64,000 nucleotides of DNA from Callorhinchus milii (GCF_018977255.1 NW_024704742.1:56670001-56734000), one strand, 5' to 3'. Counted from the first letter of the stretch, positions 40,256 through 54,317 are shown. Notes: generated by a model from the sequence alone, not told the origin. A program made the numbers and translations.

Positions 40256-42244
40256 TGTCGAGAATAGGCAAATTGAAGTAGCATGAAATCTCATGTCCTC
40301 ATTCACCCTCACTGCACATACCCTACCTTGCCTCCACCTGCCCAGATGCATGAAGAAGAGGGAAAGTTTACCTGCGTGTGAGTGTGTGAGAGGGAGAAGG
40401 AAGGTGGCGTGTCTAAGATGTAAGAAGGTTGACTGGAATCCATTTATCCACTGCTGGTTAAGTTGTTAATACCAAAGCATTGAGGCTCTGTTTTCGAAAA
40501 ATTCACAGCAAAGCACAACAAGGATGCACTACTAATTTCAGAGAAACCCATATACTGTGATTCTGCATACAAAACTAAATCCAAAATAAAAAAATGTGCT
40601 AGTATAACAGCAATATAAGAGTGTGGCTTGTGAATTCAAATTAGGTTTGTAATATGCACTAGACATTTTTGGACTCATATCCATATGGCTATTTTCAAAG
40701 TCATTAATGTTGATTTTCGTTGGGTAAATACATAGTCAGATTGAGTAGCATTCTTTCTTTCTCTTGAAGTTTAGGATTAACAGGTCCAAAATGATGGTAA
40801 ATGGGAGAAATATGGAATGCTCAAGAATAACAGTCAATGTATGAATTGCCGTAAAATGGGCAGCAGTGGAATAATCCAGTCTGTTTTGAAATGAAGGTTA
40901 ATTTTAATTCTATAACACTCCATATACATTAACATATGCCATTATAGCTGGATCTCTTTTGGAGGCTGTCTCCGCCTTGTAAAAATTAATGGCTTGGCTC
41001 TTTAGAAGATACATAACTCCCACACATAAACCCATGATTCAGAGCTGTGGGGGAGTCTGCAAACCCACGCTCCAAACTGGGGTTGTGATGGTGCACAAAC
41101 AAGCTGGTAAAAGGAAAGCAAGAGAATATTAAAAAGATTTATCATGACTATTCTGATGATATTGTGCTCAGTAAAATCTTGTTCCACTGTTTGGTATGTA
41201 AACTCTTTCTGTTCCTACCCAATGCTGGAAATCCGACATCCGCAGTGACATAAAAACAAAAATTGAAGTGTAAACAAAAGATATTTGTATCAGTGTGACA
41301 TTTACAAACTTGTATATATCGTTGTCTGTGTTTAGGCGATTTACACATAATCTAAACAACCAAGGGCTGTGCAAAACCATCTTTATTCCTTAAAATGGAC
41401 AACACCACCTTTGTGAGCATTGCTTTATGTGGATCTGTTCAATGTGTTACAAAGGGCAGGCTTCGTTACAAAGGGGTAAGAATAACGCAATAATGTCTCT
41501 ATGGGGCATTTTACCTCCATAAGGACAATGGGTTTATTTGGCTGGGGGTGGGGGGGAGAGCAGGGACTGCATCTGGATCAGATGTGACTATAATGTAACT
41601 TGATTTGTTCTAGAATAATCAGATGGTGAGACCGCAACGCCACATGTGCTCTTTGTGAGTTCCATTGGTCAAGTGGTTGTTCTATTACAGTAACACCCAG
41701 AGGTTCAGAAATTGACCTCTGTGGTTTGAGAATCTCTTGCATTCAGTGTAAACCACCCTCCCCACTCACTACCACCATCAAATCACATTCACTCCACTCT
41801 TAAATTCTTGCATGGCTTATGGTGGTATCTGATGCATTGAAGTGAGGAAAGTTAATCATCTGGTAAGGACTGAATATTTCCATTATATATTAATGTTTGC
41901 CAGGAATGTCGCCCACGTTCACCCACAAACACACAGTCGTTGCACTTTATTGTTTCATGTGAAGCGCTTTGTGACATCCTTCCAATGTGAAAGGCTTATT
42001 ATTAAATACTTATCATCAAATAAGTATTATAACATTTGGCAGGAATGTTGCAGTATCAATAATATTAATAATCCTTGCATTTGCTGTTGTGCTTTATGTC
42101 ATTGAAATGACACAATGTGCTTCACAAGAATTACTGTGTAGTTGAAAGCAAATTGTGGGTGGAATTTGTGGTTGGACGAAAAACATTGTATCTCTTTTAT
42201 GGTGTAATTTTCTTACACTTTCATAAATTCAAAGCACAGTTAGG

Positions 42245-42530
42245 TAATATAATAATCCTTGCATTTGATATAGTGCTTTTCACGTCTTCTCGACATCTCA
42301 AAGCGCTTCACAGAATAGACTGTAAAGTGAATTGACTGTATATTTGTGGGCGAAATGCGGCAGCCAATTGCGCACAGCAATGTCCCACAAACAGTCGTGG
42401 ATTGAAAATGACCAATTTCTTATTGTTTTGTTCTTGGAGGGATTATTATTAGGCTTGTGGAGTAACTTGCCCAAGGTTTCGTCCTACCTGGAATTGAACC
42501 CAGGTGTCTCGATTGCAAAGCAAGTGCTCT
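42245..42530 (-). mobile_element. tRNA-derived SINE, short subfamily
   Basis: ataatccttgcatttgatatag..cccacaaacagtcgtggattgaaaatgacc..ggaattgaacccagg. Confidence 0.88.
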
Positions 42531-43578
42531 AGGTATGACAAGTTAGGCAGATGTGGAAATAATTTACCAAAACATGTATCTTTTAAGGAACCCCAACACA
42601 CTTGTGGTGTGGATTTAATAGTTAGGATGTTAGAAAGGGTAAGAAAATTGCACTGTAAACATGATTTGCAACCTAACACCAATTTGCCTACAAATATAGT
42701 TTCTACACTTTGAAGTGCTTTTGAGACATGTTAACTTGATAAAGCCCTATATCAAATACAAAGATTTATTTATCTTTCTCCATTTGTAAACAAGCCATCA
42801 ATTCACTGTCAGACATTTGTGAATGTCTTAGTTTATCATGGAAATTACAAAATATGTTATGAATTGAATAGTTGTGACTTCTTGCAATCGGGAAAAGTGC
42901 AGTGAAATGCAGTAATTTATTTCATACTCCATTATAATGCGCTCATTGTTGGGTGTCCAAATGTCTTAACTTTTTTTTCCTTTTTGGTTGTTAAAAATCA
43001 CACTGACTCATACTGAGTTCAATTAACTCCCTCCATTACCTCACCCAACTGGGATTCTTCAGATGGTGAGTATTGGCAGGCTGTTTGACTGCAGGGGGCA
43101 GAACCCAATCATGGTCTGACCATTCTTCACCCACATGCAACTTTGGGCATCACATAGGAGCAAGAATCCTGCCAGTTGTTTTTCCTTCCTTTTCCACATC
43201 CATCACCACCATCCTTCGTTGGCCAGGAATGTTGAGGTCCGTTATAACATATCTTTTGGTTAGCTACATGTCTGACACATGTGGAAATCCATCACCATGC
43301 TTGAGAGTATCCAAACCAGACTGAGAGTTCTTATACGTATGCCAACAAAATATGGAAATTTCTGGAATGGAATGCGCACTCTCTTCCCGGAGGACTCGCC
43401 TGATTTACATAATTCCGGTAAGCAGGGTGCATCCCTCCAGGGTGAGCATGTGTATTCCATTGTCCAGGAATGCTGAGGCCAATTATAACATCCCAGCGCT
43501 GCCTTGACTGAGATCAAGCAACTCAGCACGGGCCAGGGAACGCAATTCTGAGCTATTGTTTGTCCATGTATGTGTATT

Positions 43579-43948
43579 ATAATAATAAAAAGAATCCTTG
43601 CGTTTGATATAAATGCTTTATCACTCGTGGAGATGTCTCAAAGCGCTTCACAGAATATATCTAATGGGAATTGACTGTATATTTGCGGGTGAAATGTGGG
43701 AGCCAATTGCACACAGCAGTGTCCCACAAACAGTCAAGGACCAAATGACCAAATTATTTTGTATTATTTTTATTTGAACCGTTTATTCCCCCCGGAAAGC
43801 AATCCATCAATCGACTAACAACAAGGTTTCTACTTACTGCTAGGTAAACAGTAAGGAAATGTGCCTAAAGTTTCACCCTGCCCAAGAATCAAACCCGGGA
43901 GCTCTTGCTTGCGAGGCGAGTGCTTTAACCATTACACTACAGGACTCC
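43579..43948 (-). mobile_element. tRNA-derived SINE, long subfamily
   Basis: ctacttactgctaggtaaacag; gcttgcgaggcgagtgctttaaccattacactacaggactcc. Confidence 0.88.
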
Positions 43949-44299
43949 ACACTTGCTATCGCTAAGTTTCACGCTTTCAGTGGAACCAGTGGAGATCTAT
44001 TTTTAATCTTATTTATGTTTGTGTGAAAGACGAGGGACAGGTGGCAGTCACCGTTTTGGAAGGTTAATGTGGACACTGGGATGGAAATAGTTTCCTTCAG
44101 ATAATTAGGGTTGTATTGGTGGCCCAGGGAATTTGTTGGCTTGGACACAGATAGGGGGATGCAACTGTGTGGCCAGCAACTGGCTGTGATGAGACAAATG
44201 ATACTATTGTGTGGTCTGACAGCATGGGCTGGTTTTCCAATGTGTTTTTGAGGACAGCATGTGGCTTCTCTCTTGATGTATTTGTTGCACGGCCACCAT

Positions 44300-44865
44300 T
44301 GGCAGCCATTACACTCTGAAACTTTGGAACTCCTTCCATCAACCCCTTTGCTTCGCCCCTCCTTCCCCATCTTCAGGTCATGCCTGAAGACCTTTCTTTT
44401 CGACCGCACCTGTGGTCACCTTCCCCCTCCCTCTGGCTCGGCCTTGGGCGCCATCATTGCTAAGCGCCCTGAGACGCCGCTCGGCGTGGAGGGTGCTATA
44501 TGTGCAAGTTGTTGTTGTTGTTGCTTATGTTCACTGTGCCATAAGGAAGTGTTTACATGGCCTATTTAATTAAGTATTCATGATATCAGATGTCAGAAGT
44601 TACTCGAGATATTTCCACAGAACGCTTGTGTAACTGACTCCATTTCACTGGTGACACATTCTCAGCCTCTGCCTGCACTGGAACACTCTCCCTCAATCCC
44701 TCTGCCTTGTCCTCTTGCTCCCCTTTTTCAAGTCCTGGCTGAAAACCTTCCTCTTTGACCGTGATTATGGCCACCTCCCTCCCACCCAGCTTAGAGTCAG
44801 ACTCCGCCACTGTGAAGTGCTCTAATGCTACCCTGCGTGGAGGGCGCTATATAAGTTGGTGTTGC
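44300..44865 (+). mobile_element. Two L2 3' ends (44300-44523 and ~44660-44865)
   Basis: LKTFLFDR motif; tails gacgcc-gctc-ggcgtggaggg and atgctaccctgcgtggagggcgctata; (TTG)n on the first. Confidence 0.78.
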
Positions 44866-45384
44866 ATTGAAACACCCCAGGAAACTCTTTCCTCTGTCCC
44901 AGCTATCACAGTACAGTACATTAGTACATATGCTAATGTGAGCAATGTGAAAAGCCCACAATATAATGCTCTCACAGAGAAGGATACATTACATAGAAAT
45001 TTATTAGGTTGTATAATTGGTCTAAAAGCCTCCTGCTGCTGTGTAATACTGCTCATCTATGTTACTCAGTGCTATTATAATAGAATCATGTAACTTACAG
45101 CATAGAAGGAGGTTATTTGTTCCCTCAAGACTATTCTGGTGCTTGCTCTTCTGCTAGAAGTAGACATTCTAATCTTAATTGCATACTCTTTCCACATAGC
45201 TTTTATTTTCTTGCAACCTTCCTCATCACTGAATACATCACCTGAATCTTCAAAAAGTTTTTTTTTGGCTGCAGTTAAAAATTGGTCTTACATTTTTTAA
45301 AAAAGTTTCAGTAATGTTTATTATTTAAATAATTCGCCACATTTACTAAACGATAAATCTCTTGCAGGTAATTTATTCTTTCCA

Positions 45385-45615
45385 GGTCAGGAACCATTTC
45401 TTCCCCCAGAGGGTTGTGAAGATGTGAATACCCTGCTCCCATACAGCTGTAGAGGTCAAATAAATAGGGATATTTTTCGAGAGATGGTTTCTTGGGCAGT
45501 AAATGTATTAAAATATGGTGAAAAGGCAGAGAATTATGATCAAAAGATCTGCTGAGATTTAATAAATAAGTGAAACAGGCTCAATAAATTAAATTGGCCT
45601 GTTCCTGTTTCCAAT
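45385..45615 (+). mobile_element. Degraded CR1 3' end
   Basis: tttcttcccccagagggttgtgaa..gctgtagagg..aacaggctc..ggcctgttcctgtt. Confidence 0.6.
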
Positions 45616-48036
45616 GTATCAAATTGTAAAATGCCTTTTGTTTTAGTATTAACCAAAAGATACCGGTGAAGATTATTTAAGGATTAGGTGTTTATATGTA
45701 CTGAATAGAAGAATGCTAGGTATCTAAATAATATATGGAAATCAACACAATAAAATGTGCTCTGATTACAATTCTCATAATTTCACAGATTGGAGGCAGT
45801 GTAGGTGGAATAAATTACTATCTTCATAAGCATTTGGAGAAGTGGAAAATGTGTAGGCTAAGCAACTGTTCAGCATTTCAAAGAGGGTTGAAAGTAAAGT
45901 TGCTAATGATCTAACTAGGTGAAATGAAGAAGATTCCTAGTATGTATTCAAGTCCATCTGGAGAATTGCCAATTATGCAATATGGAAAGACTGAGGGGAA
46001 ACTAGTTTCTCAGCATGGATTTTAATGTAAGTGTGTTCTGCACCTCCCATTCCATTGCAAACTATACTGACAGGTAGTGCAATAATGTAAGGGGAGTAGC
46101 AATGCAGCTTCTAGAGCAGAGGCTTTGGAGGCAGCTGATTGAGGAACTTTCCTACAGGGATGCATACGTTTTGGGCTGAATTCTTAGCCTGCCTAAATTC
46201 TTTCCGTGCTCATAAGTGCTTCTCAAAGATTTTCCCCACACCATGGAGAATGATTGTGGCAAGAAAATAGAAGTTGCCATTTCATCACTTGTAAACAACT
46301 GCCTGTAGGTGTGAGCTCTTGCACTCAATATGCCATGGTTTGACTCTTTCTACTGATGCTGTAGAATACTTCTGTCTGTGTTATTAGGGGAGGCATTAGT
46401 TTCTCATCCTATTAAACTGGAGGAATGCTGTCATTAACATGCAGGAAAATGGGTTCAGGACCTAAATCCTGGTAATATCTGCACATTGAAAGAATAAATA
46501 ATGGGGGGTAAATACTGCTTCTCAAATGGAGCCATCAAATTCATTGCATGTTTCTTAACTGAGAAATTGACCAATATAGAAATACAGCATTTTTAATCAA
46601 ATGTCCAAAAGGCATCAAACTGAAAAATTACCACTGTGAAAAATCCATAGGGCAGTCATGTTACGGTACAGTGCATTCATTTGAGTTTATTGCTTTTGTT
46701 AAGTAAACTCCCATTAGTTGTTCCCCGTTGACATTCATTGGATTGTTGAATGGATTGTGCTTGTCACTCTAAGCCACAGGCATCAGCTGCTTACGTTTGG
46801 GTGTTTAGACAAGGAGAGTATTATTGAACTGTTCCACGACTTTGCCGTTGATATCTTTCATAATCATCATGTTCTTTCTGGTAGGGCGTTTTGGGGAGAT
46901 TCATTCACTTTGTACATATCATAACATAACAGATTTACAAATCACTTTTAATATCTGCATATAAATGTTTTGCCTAGGAAAGTCAATACTGTAAATTTAT
47001 GTAGCAATGGTTTCTACATGTATATCGGTTGCCTTGCTTTACTTCTTCTTTGCATTTATTCACAAACATGCAAAATTGCTTTCATGTGAAACAGTGTTTG
47101 CAGGTTCAGAGTTCCTCACCCACTGTTTGCTGCCTTCCCCTAGATGTCGCAGCACAAAACCAATCTTGTTGTAAATTCATTACTTCCAATTAAACTCAAA
47201 TGTTTCCCAATTGGCTTGTAGCTGAATGGAATGCAAGCTCATGTGAGAGGGATTGTTTTGAGGTAATGCACTGGTCCTGCAGTGTGAGGCATGTGTACAT
47301 GGTTGGTTAAATCTCCACACTGATTCATTCCTGTGGAATGCCTTTTGCTAGCTCAGAGTTATTGACTGGGTTCTTCTCTTGTACCCGTGTGCTGAATTGG
47401 ATTGATTTGTGGAAGAATTATCAGTACAAAGCTTTCACAAATGCGCAAATATACTTCAGTACTGCAGTAAAACCATTGAGCAACCCTATGCTTGTAAAGG
47501 TTTAATTCCCTGTTAATTCCACCATGTATCAGTGTTTGAAGGGAACCTTTCTCTCACAACTGAGGTGATCCTATTAGGATTTATTTATGATTTTTGTTGG
47601 AGGAGGAGTAGCGTACCATATAATGTGTGTCTGTATAATGTAGTGGGGAAGGGTGTTGTTTAATGCTTTTGGTGGATTTTCTGACTATTAAAATGTGAGT
47701 GTTGGAAAAGAGCAGTTTTCCATTTTATTTTGAACACTCAGTATTCAGGAATTTCTAAGTCAACACCATGTATTTAGCTGTAAAGTACATGGTTTATATG
47801 GCTTCCACAGTTTACCACAGCCCCAATCTCTGAATAGTGCTTCTGTTCATGCCACCTTTCCCAATTTCCACAGTAGCTATCTGGTAGGTACATACAGCAT
47901 CTTGCATTACATGGTGCTTTTCATGTAGGTTGAATGTTTCCAATCGATTCTCAAAGAGTCTGGAAAGGGGCAAACTATGACCAGGGCGGAAAGGATTTTT
48001 GGGGGCTTAGGTGGGTGTCTACCTCAGCAGAAAATC

Positions 48037-48114
48037 ATCACTCATACAAACCAGTCTCAAAATCACTCATGCAAACCAGTATCCAAATCACTCATGCAAA
48101 CCAGTATCCAAATC
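48037..48114. repeat. 25-bp tandem repeat x3
   Basis: aatcactcatgcaaaccagtatcca units. Confidence 0.9.
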
Positions 48115-51100
48115 AGACACATGGAAATTTCTCTGAATCTAGCACACTCTCTCAGGAGGGATGCACCCTGCCCACCTAACTCTGGAATGTGTTAGACACA
48201 AGTTGGTGAGACCCAAGGCTTGGTTACCCTAGAGTGTGGTTGTGGTACTGCTAGAGCTTAACTCGCTAAAGCTGTTAAGCTCGAGCATTGAGAGCTCTGT
48301 CTGGCAAGTTTCCTGGGACAACCCAATCCAATGGGGGCTATGGCTTGCAGGGTTAACATGAGCTGAGTTGGAAGAACCCCTGGCCCCAATATTTGGTCTG
48401 CCTCTCCAAATCCCATTGACATGCCACATTGGCTGGCTTCTCCTCATCATTGCCCTTGAGTACTGCAGCCCCATGTCGCTCAGGAGGAGGGCAGAGAGGA
48501 AAGCAAGTTTAAGTCTGATGAGCAAATGCACTATCAAGTAATGTTTTCAGAGAGGACACCATTCGTTTATTATTTTGACAGTAAAAATATTACCAACAGT
48601 GAAATGCATTATTTGTTCTTCAGGAGTAATAGAGTATGAGATGGGCAGATAGATGGGTGTGAATAGGGAGGAGGATTATTCAACAGAACCCTCATAGGAT
48701 CAGTAATATATATATTTTAGGGTGTCCATTGCCAGTGGTGTGTTGATGTAAATCATTGGAGCACAGGCTTAATTCTCTCATTCCTTCTTAATCTGTTGAG
48801 AATTGCCAATATCAGTCCCAATAGCTGGAGGGAGATCCCGAATGGTGGAAGGCAGAAACAGGGACAAGCAATACTGGGGCCTGTTAGATTCAGTTGCAAC
48901 TGGCTGCAGTTCACCTCCTATCTGCAGAAAGTACATGACCCTGTGAACACCAGAAAAAGTATTATTTGGGATTATTTAATAAGGAATCTGAGTAGGAACA
49001 TGTTTCTAGAAGTGCTGCATGTTCTACCTACTTGTGGGAACTGCACTCCGAAAGTAGATTGTGTAGGGGCAGTGTTCTAACAGGTCATCTTTCTGAAATT
49101 TTTCTCTACTCCTCTGCAGTCACCAAGAGGAGAATCCATCAAAAATCTCTCCGAGCTCTTGATGTGGATTATTAGCAGAATTCCACTAATCAAAATGCTA
49201 ACATGATAAACCAGGCCTCTAATGAACTGCCTCTTCACCAGTTTAAGGCACTAACTTGTGAGCTGCTCAACTAGGAAAGCACAATGAGTTCCCTCAGAGC
49301 TGTTAGTAGCCATGACAAAATGAGTACTTTGCCTGAATCCGAATTTGAAGTACAAAGTAACTAGGCAGTTAGAGCAAACAAATAGATCTAGGAGGTAGGT
49401 GCCAGATTACATCAAACTCTTGTTTTGGCATATTTCCCACATTCCCCCCCAGGTAGTGTCGCGCAGGAGTTGGCAAGAAGTTGTCATGTAGTCTGACGAT
49501 TGAGCAGTAATGGTGAAAAGTAGGGAATGAATAACAGGCGCTCTACTTATGAACGAAGGGATCAAGTAGAGCTGAGAAGCAGGTGAGCATAATGAGCTGC
49601 TTCCCCAGTCAGATTGCCAAGATCAACTGTTACATTAACAATGTCAAACTGTCAGACCAAACAAATGAATTACTATACAAAGTAACTCACAACGGAATAG
49701 ATCAATGTATTGCTCACAGGTATGCCAATTTTTTATTTGTCGGAGTATATTTTTGTAACTATTTTGACACAATGCGTTGGAACACTGTCACCTTGGACGG
49801 TGGGATTGACGGTGCGAGAATGTAATATGTCTGCTGTCTCACAGTTATTGCATTCCTGTAGCACCAAACAACTCTCAGATTTGTCACCAATTAGTAATAA
49901 ATTAAAAGCCTGGCTTGGGAGAGGTCAAAGACACAGAAATAGGAATGTGACACAGGGGGTAATCTGCAGAGCATGAGGTCAAAGTACTCTGTTAAGCAAC
50001 ACAGCCTTGCACTATATCTGACCTATGCCGTACCTGACCTTCGAATGCCTTCCTGATGCGGTCATTGAATACCAGGTAGAAAAATGTACCAATCCCCAGG
50101 ACTCGAATTGTTCCTGCACAGAGTATATTTAAAAATAAGTTTGTTTTTATTCAATATGAATAGTTTTTTTTAAATCTATTCTTTCAACAGAATAAGGCAA
50201 TTATGCAATGTACATTTGTTTCCTGCAGTGCTTTGTGGCTACAAAGTTTTTTTATTTCCAAAAGAAGGTTTAGATCCTCTTGTCAGAAGAAAACTAGCAT
50301 GATCATACATTGTACTTCATTATTCCAATCATTTTCTATTGACTACAAAGTGTTTAAACTTGATCTCTTAATTTACATGAGCTGAACTGACCCATTAACA
50401 AAAAAATTGTGGTGGTGTTTGTTGCCTGCAATGTGTTCTAATCCATATTTTCAGCAGGAGAAAGAGCTACTATAAGACTGGTTGATCATTAACTAAGTGG
50501 TATTAATAACCAGAGGTGACTTGTGTTCTAATAAACCGGTTTGTCAGTTCTGTTCCCATTCTCACAGTGTTGCCTGGAAACCGATTGCTCAGCAGCAATG
50601 TAACGTCTTGCTTTTCATTACATTAAATTCGCTTGTGAATTGGGTTATGATGAGTTTATTTGCTTGAAAATACTACGTTTGCATTTGGTAGAAATGTTTT
50701 TGCATATGCGTGGACCACAGCAGGAATTGCACTGGCTTTCAATAGTAGCACGACCCATGGGGATGGGCATCAAAGCGCCAGAGAGAAGGTATGGAAAGAA
50801 CCCTTTCACAAAGTGAAATCTGCATTTTAGTTTAAATGCTGAGTATTGCAATTGCTAGCTTAAAAGCACCAGGAATGTAAACCAACGTTGCAGTAAATCA
50901 ATAACTTAGCTTTGATGTTTTAAAATTGAGCAATTCTGTAACCAAATTAAGGAGATTGATTGACCTTGCCACAGGGCACAACTTGAGTCTTTTGTTCCAT
51001 GAATTTATGAATTGATATGTTTTCTTAACCTTTTTATTTTATGTGCATGGCTATCAGTTTATTAACGGTGTTTTCTCATTCTTCAAATGCTCTTGTTTAT

Positions 51101-52801
51101 GGTGAATTTATTGCTAACAGCTGCTGCCATGCTTGCAAGAAAAGAAAATATATCTTTCTGCATTTTCTTCTGGTCCCTGAAGCAAAGTCACTATCAGACC
51201 ACATTGACGTGTCTGACTTATCTTCTTCCAGCAGATGTACAAAAAATGCAGAGCGCACATTTAATGATTCATTTCTAGTTTTATCCAAAACTCTTGAGCG
51301 AACAAGATTCCCAACTCCTTTTGAACTCAACTGTGGCAACTGTTGGATCAAATTCCCTTGTTTTGGTTGCAAACAGAGATCTCACATAAATCATTTTGGG
51401 GAAGTGGGGGGGAATTTTCCCTCCACTTGCACAGAATGGAAGAGGGAAGAATTCGCCATTAATTTTGAATCATTTGCTGGGAATGTTTGTACCAGCATTC
51501 TTCAAAGGTTAATTAAGGGTTGCAGAAGGCTGCCTGAGTAAAGTGTCAGTCGTAAGAACAACAATTTCTACTTCCGACACATAGATGTTGTTAGAGAATG
51601 TAGTGAAACTGTGTTAATGAGTGGCTGTCATTTAGTGTGAATTCCAGCTTTTTGGCAACTTGTCAAAGAACACTTTTTTTAAAAATTGACTGCTTATTGT
51701 AAGGCTAAGCTATTTTGTTTCCCCCAGATACAATTGATCTTTTTGGCTGTTTGTGGGTATTGCTGTTTGCAAATTGGCTGCTGTGCTTGCCTACAAATGT
51801 GCAAATTTACTGTAAAGTTCGGTAACTAATTTATAGGCGAGCACGAATCCTGTGAAGCACTTTGAGATGTCCTTCCAGCATGGAAAGTGCTATATTAAAT
51901 GCAAGTATTGTCTTAATTTCCACTTCATAATCACAAAGTTGAACTTCTTGTTCTCTTGTAATTGTATTGCCTCACTATGGACTTTGTAGATAATTGGTGT
52001 CAAATATTGAGAGATTATCAGTTCATATCATTTCAGAATAGTTATGCTTGTTGTGATCAGTTTAAACACTGTACTGTCATCGACCATTAACGACTTTAAA
52101 ATGACGGTCAACCAAATCGCATTAACCAAGATAAATTTGCTATAACCTTTCGGAGGCTTATTGTCTTAATGTATGCAGAGTTATCTTCTTTCAGTATCAG
52201 ATCTATGTTATGTATTCAAATTAGTCTTTCCTCTGTTTGATTGAAATCTTTTTAAAATGTGTACAAATCGTCTCAAAAGCCTTCTCATGCTTTACACAAC
52301 ACATCTGACTTAGCTTCCAGCAGATGTACAAATGCAGGGTTTACATTTAATGATGTGAAGATGCAATTTTTATTGCACAATTTTAAGGAGACTGCAGTAT
52401 AAGCTGGCAGGCAGGGATGGGCCAGCCGGGCGAGGGGACAGTTTGGTAATTTACCAGAACTGTGTGCCACACAATACTATATATGGAAAGCAAATTTTAA
52501 ACATATCTTAAACCTCCTCCTTTTGTTGCAATTAAGGATTCCTTGAGGCAAGATTTTGAATTAGGTCTGCATTTGTTTTTTTGTCATTTAAACACCATTG
52601 TCCATTGCTGTGCAATGATTTATCTTGGTGCTGATCTTCTTCTGGAGTCTAACCTCTAACCTTTTCTTTAGTTTTAATTCGAAAGTTATGTGGTTTAATC
52701 ACTGGTAATCAGCTTCACAATAATGAGGGTAACCAGTATAAAATTGTACATAATCTAGGTATTTTCAAATTTCCTGCAGATCTCCTTACCTCCTGGAAAC
52801 T

Positions 52802-52907
52802 TAATAATAATCCTTGCATTTGATATAGCGCTTTTCACGTCTTCTAGACATCTCAAAGCACTTTACAGAATATGCTGTAAAGTGAATTGACCGTATATTT
52901 GTGGGCG
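52802..52907 (-). mobile_element. SINE 3' fragment
   Basis: taataataatccttgcatttgatatagcgcttttcacgtc..tatttgtgggcg. Confidence 0.85.
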
Positions 52908-53249
52908 TACCAATTAAAGCATTCAAAAATTAAAATTAAATTAAATATAAAAAAATTACCAGTTAAAGCATTCCAGTTCAATAATGCTGTGGTGAAAGAT
53001 CTCTTTTTGAATGCTTCTCTTTGCACATGATTGCTACATTGATTCTTTCTGCTCATTAGATTGGACGGGCTATTAATTTATCAGATCCTTTCAGCACTTT
53101 CAGTAAATATAGGCATCCTTATTCTAAAATTAAAGTTCTGCACACTAGGACATTCATAGTTGCTCTGTCATGCTACTGCTGCATTAACCACCTGCTCTTA
53201 AAAACAAATCGAAAAGGCCATTTGACCCATGAAACCTTGTTCCATTGGA

Positions 53250-54317
53250 TAATAATAATAATAATCCTTCCGCTTGATATAGTGCCAGATGTCTCAAAGC
53301 GTTTCACAAAATATACTGGAACGTAAATTGACTGTATATTTTGTGGACGAAATGCGGCAGCCAATTTCACACAGCAGTGTCCCACAAACAGTCGTGGATT
53401 GAGGGACAAATTATTATTATTTATTTATCTTTTGAAGGGATTATAACCACTGGAAAACTGATCCCCCAATCAACTCACAACCAGATGCCTATTTCCTGCT
53501 AGGTAAACAGAGGCGTGTGGAGTAAGGAAACTTCCCAACGTTTCACCGTGACAGTGAATCAAACTCAGGTCAACAACAACAAGATTCCATTTATAGAGGG
53601 CCTTTCGCGTCGGGAGGACGTCCCAAGGCGCTGTACAGTTGGGTCAGGACCCGAGCATTGGTCAGGGTGAGGGGAGGGAAGGGAGGGAGCGAGGAGGGGG
53701 TAGAGAGTCTAGAGGGGAGCTGAAGGCACAGTCAAAGAGAAAGGTCTTGAGACCGGCCTTGAAGGAGGAAAGGGAGGAGGCGGCGAAGGCACTGGGGGAT
53801 AGAGTTCCAGAGCCTCGGGGCTGAGAGGCTGAAGGCCCGACCACCGATGGTAGGGCGGTTGGGGCGGGGGGTGTGGAGCAGACTGGAGCCAGAGGAACGG
53901 AGAGTATGGGCAGGTAGGTAGGGGGATAGTAGGTCGGAGAGGTAGGAGGGAGCGAGGCCGTGAATGGCCTTGTAGGTGAGGATCTTGAATTCGATCCTCT
54001 GGGGGATGGGGAGCCAGTGGAGGCGAGCGAGGGTGGGAGTGATGTGGTCGCAAAGCCTAGTGCGGGACAGTACACGAGCTGCAGAGTTCTGAATGACCTG
54101 CGGCTTGTGGAGGGACGTCAGAGAGTTCCCATAGTCCAGCTTTGAGGTAATAAAGGTGTGGACCAGAGTTTCAGCAGCATGAGGGGTGAGGTAATGCCAT
54201 AGTCTGGCGATGTTTCGGAGGTGATGGAAGGCGGTGCCAGTTGTGGCGCGGATATGAGGAAGAATGGTCCCCTCGCTTGCGAGGCGATTGTTCTAACCAT
54301 TAAGCTACAGGGCTCCG
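53250..54317 (-). mobile_element. tRNA-derived SINE (long subfamily) split by an L2 insertion
   Basis: Body 53250-53571 ends ..aatcaaactcaggtc; head resumes ggtccctcgcttgcgaggcg..gctacagggctcc at 54266-54317. Confidence 0.88.
53571..54264 (-). mobile_element. Young L2 3' portion nested in the SINE head
   Basis: Highly similar to 16681-17383; (CAA)n tail; ggtc duplicated at both junctions. Confidence 0.9.

Noticed and set aside
51041..51541. 166-aa ORF in unique sequence
   Set aside because: No recognisable domain, composition rich in Cys/Phe/Ser as expected for AT-rich non-coding DNA, and no clear exon structure
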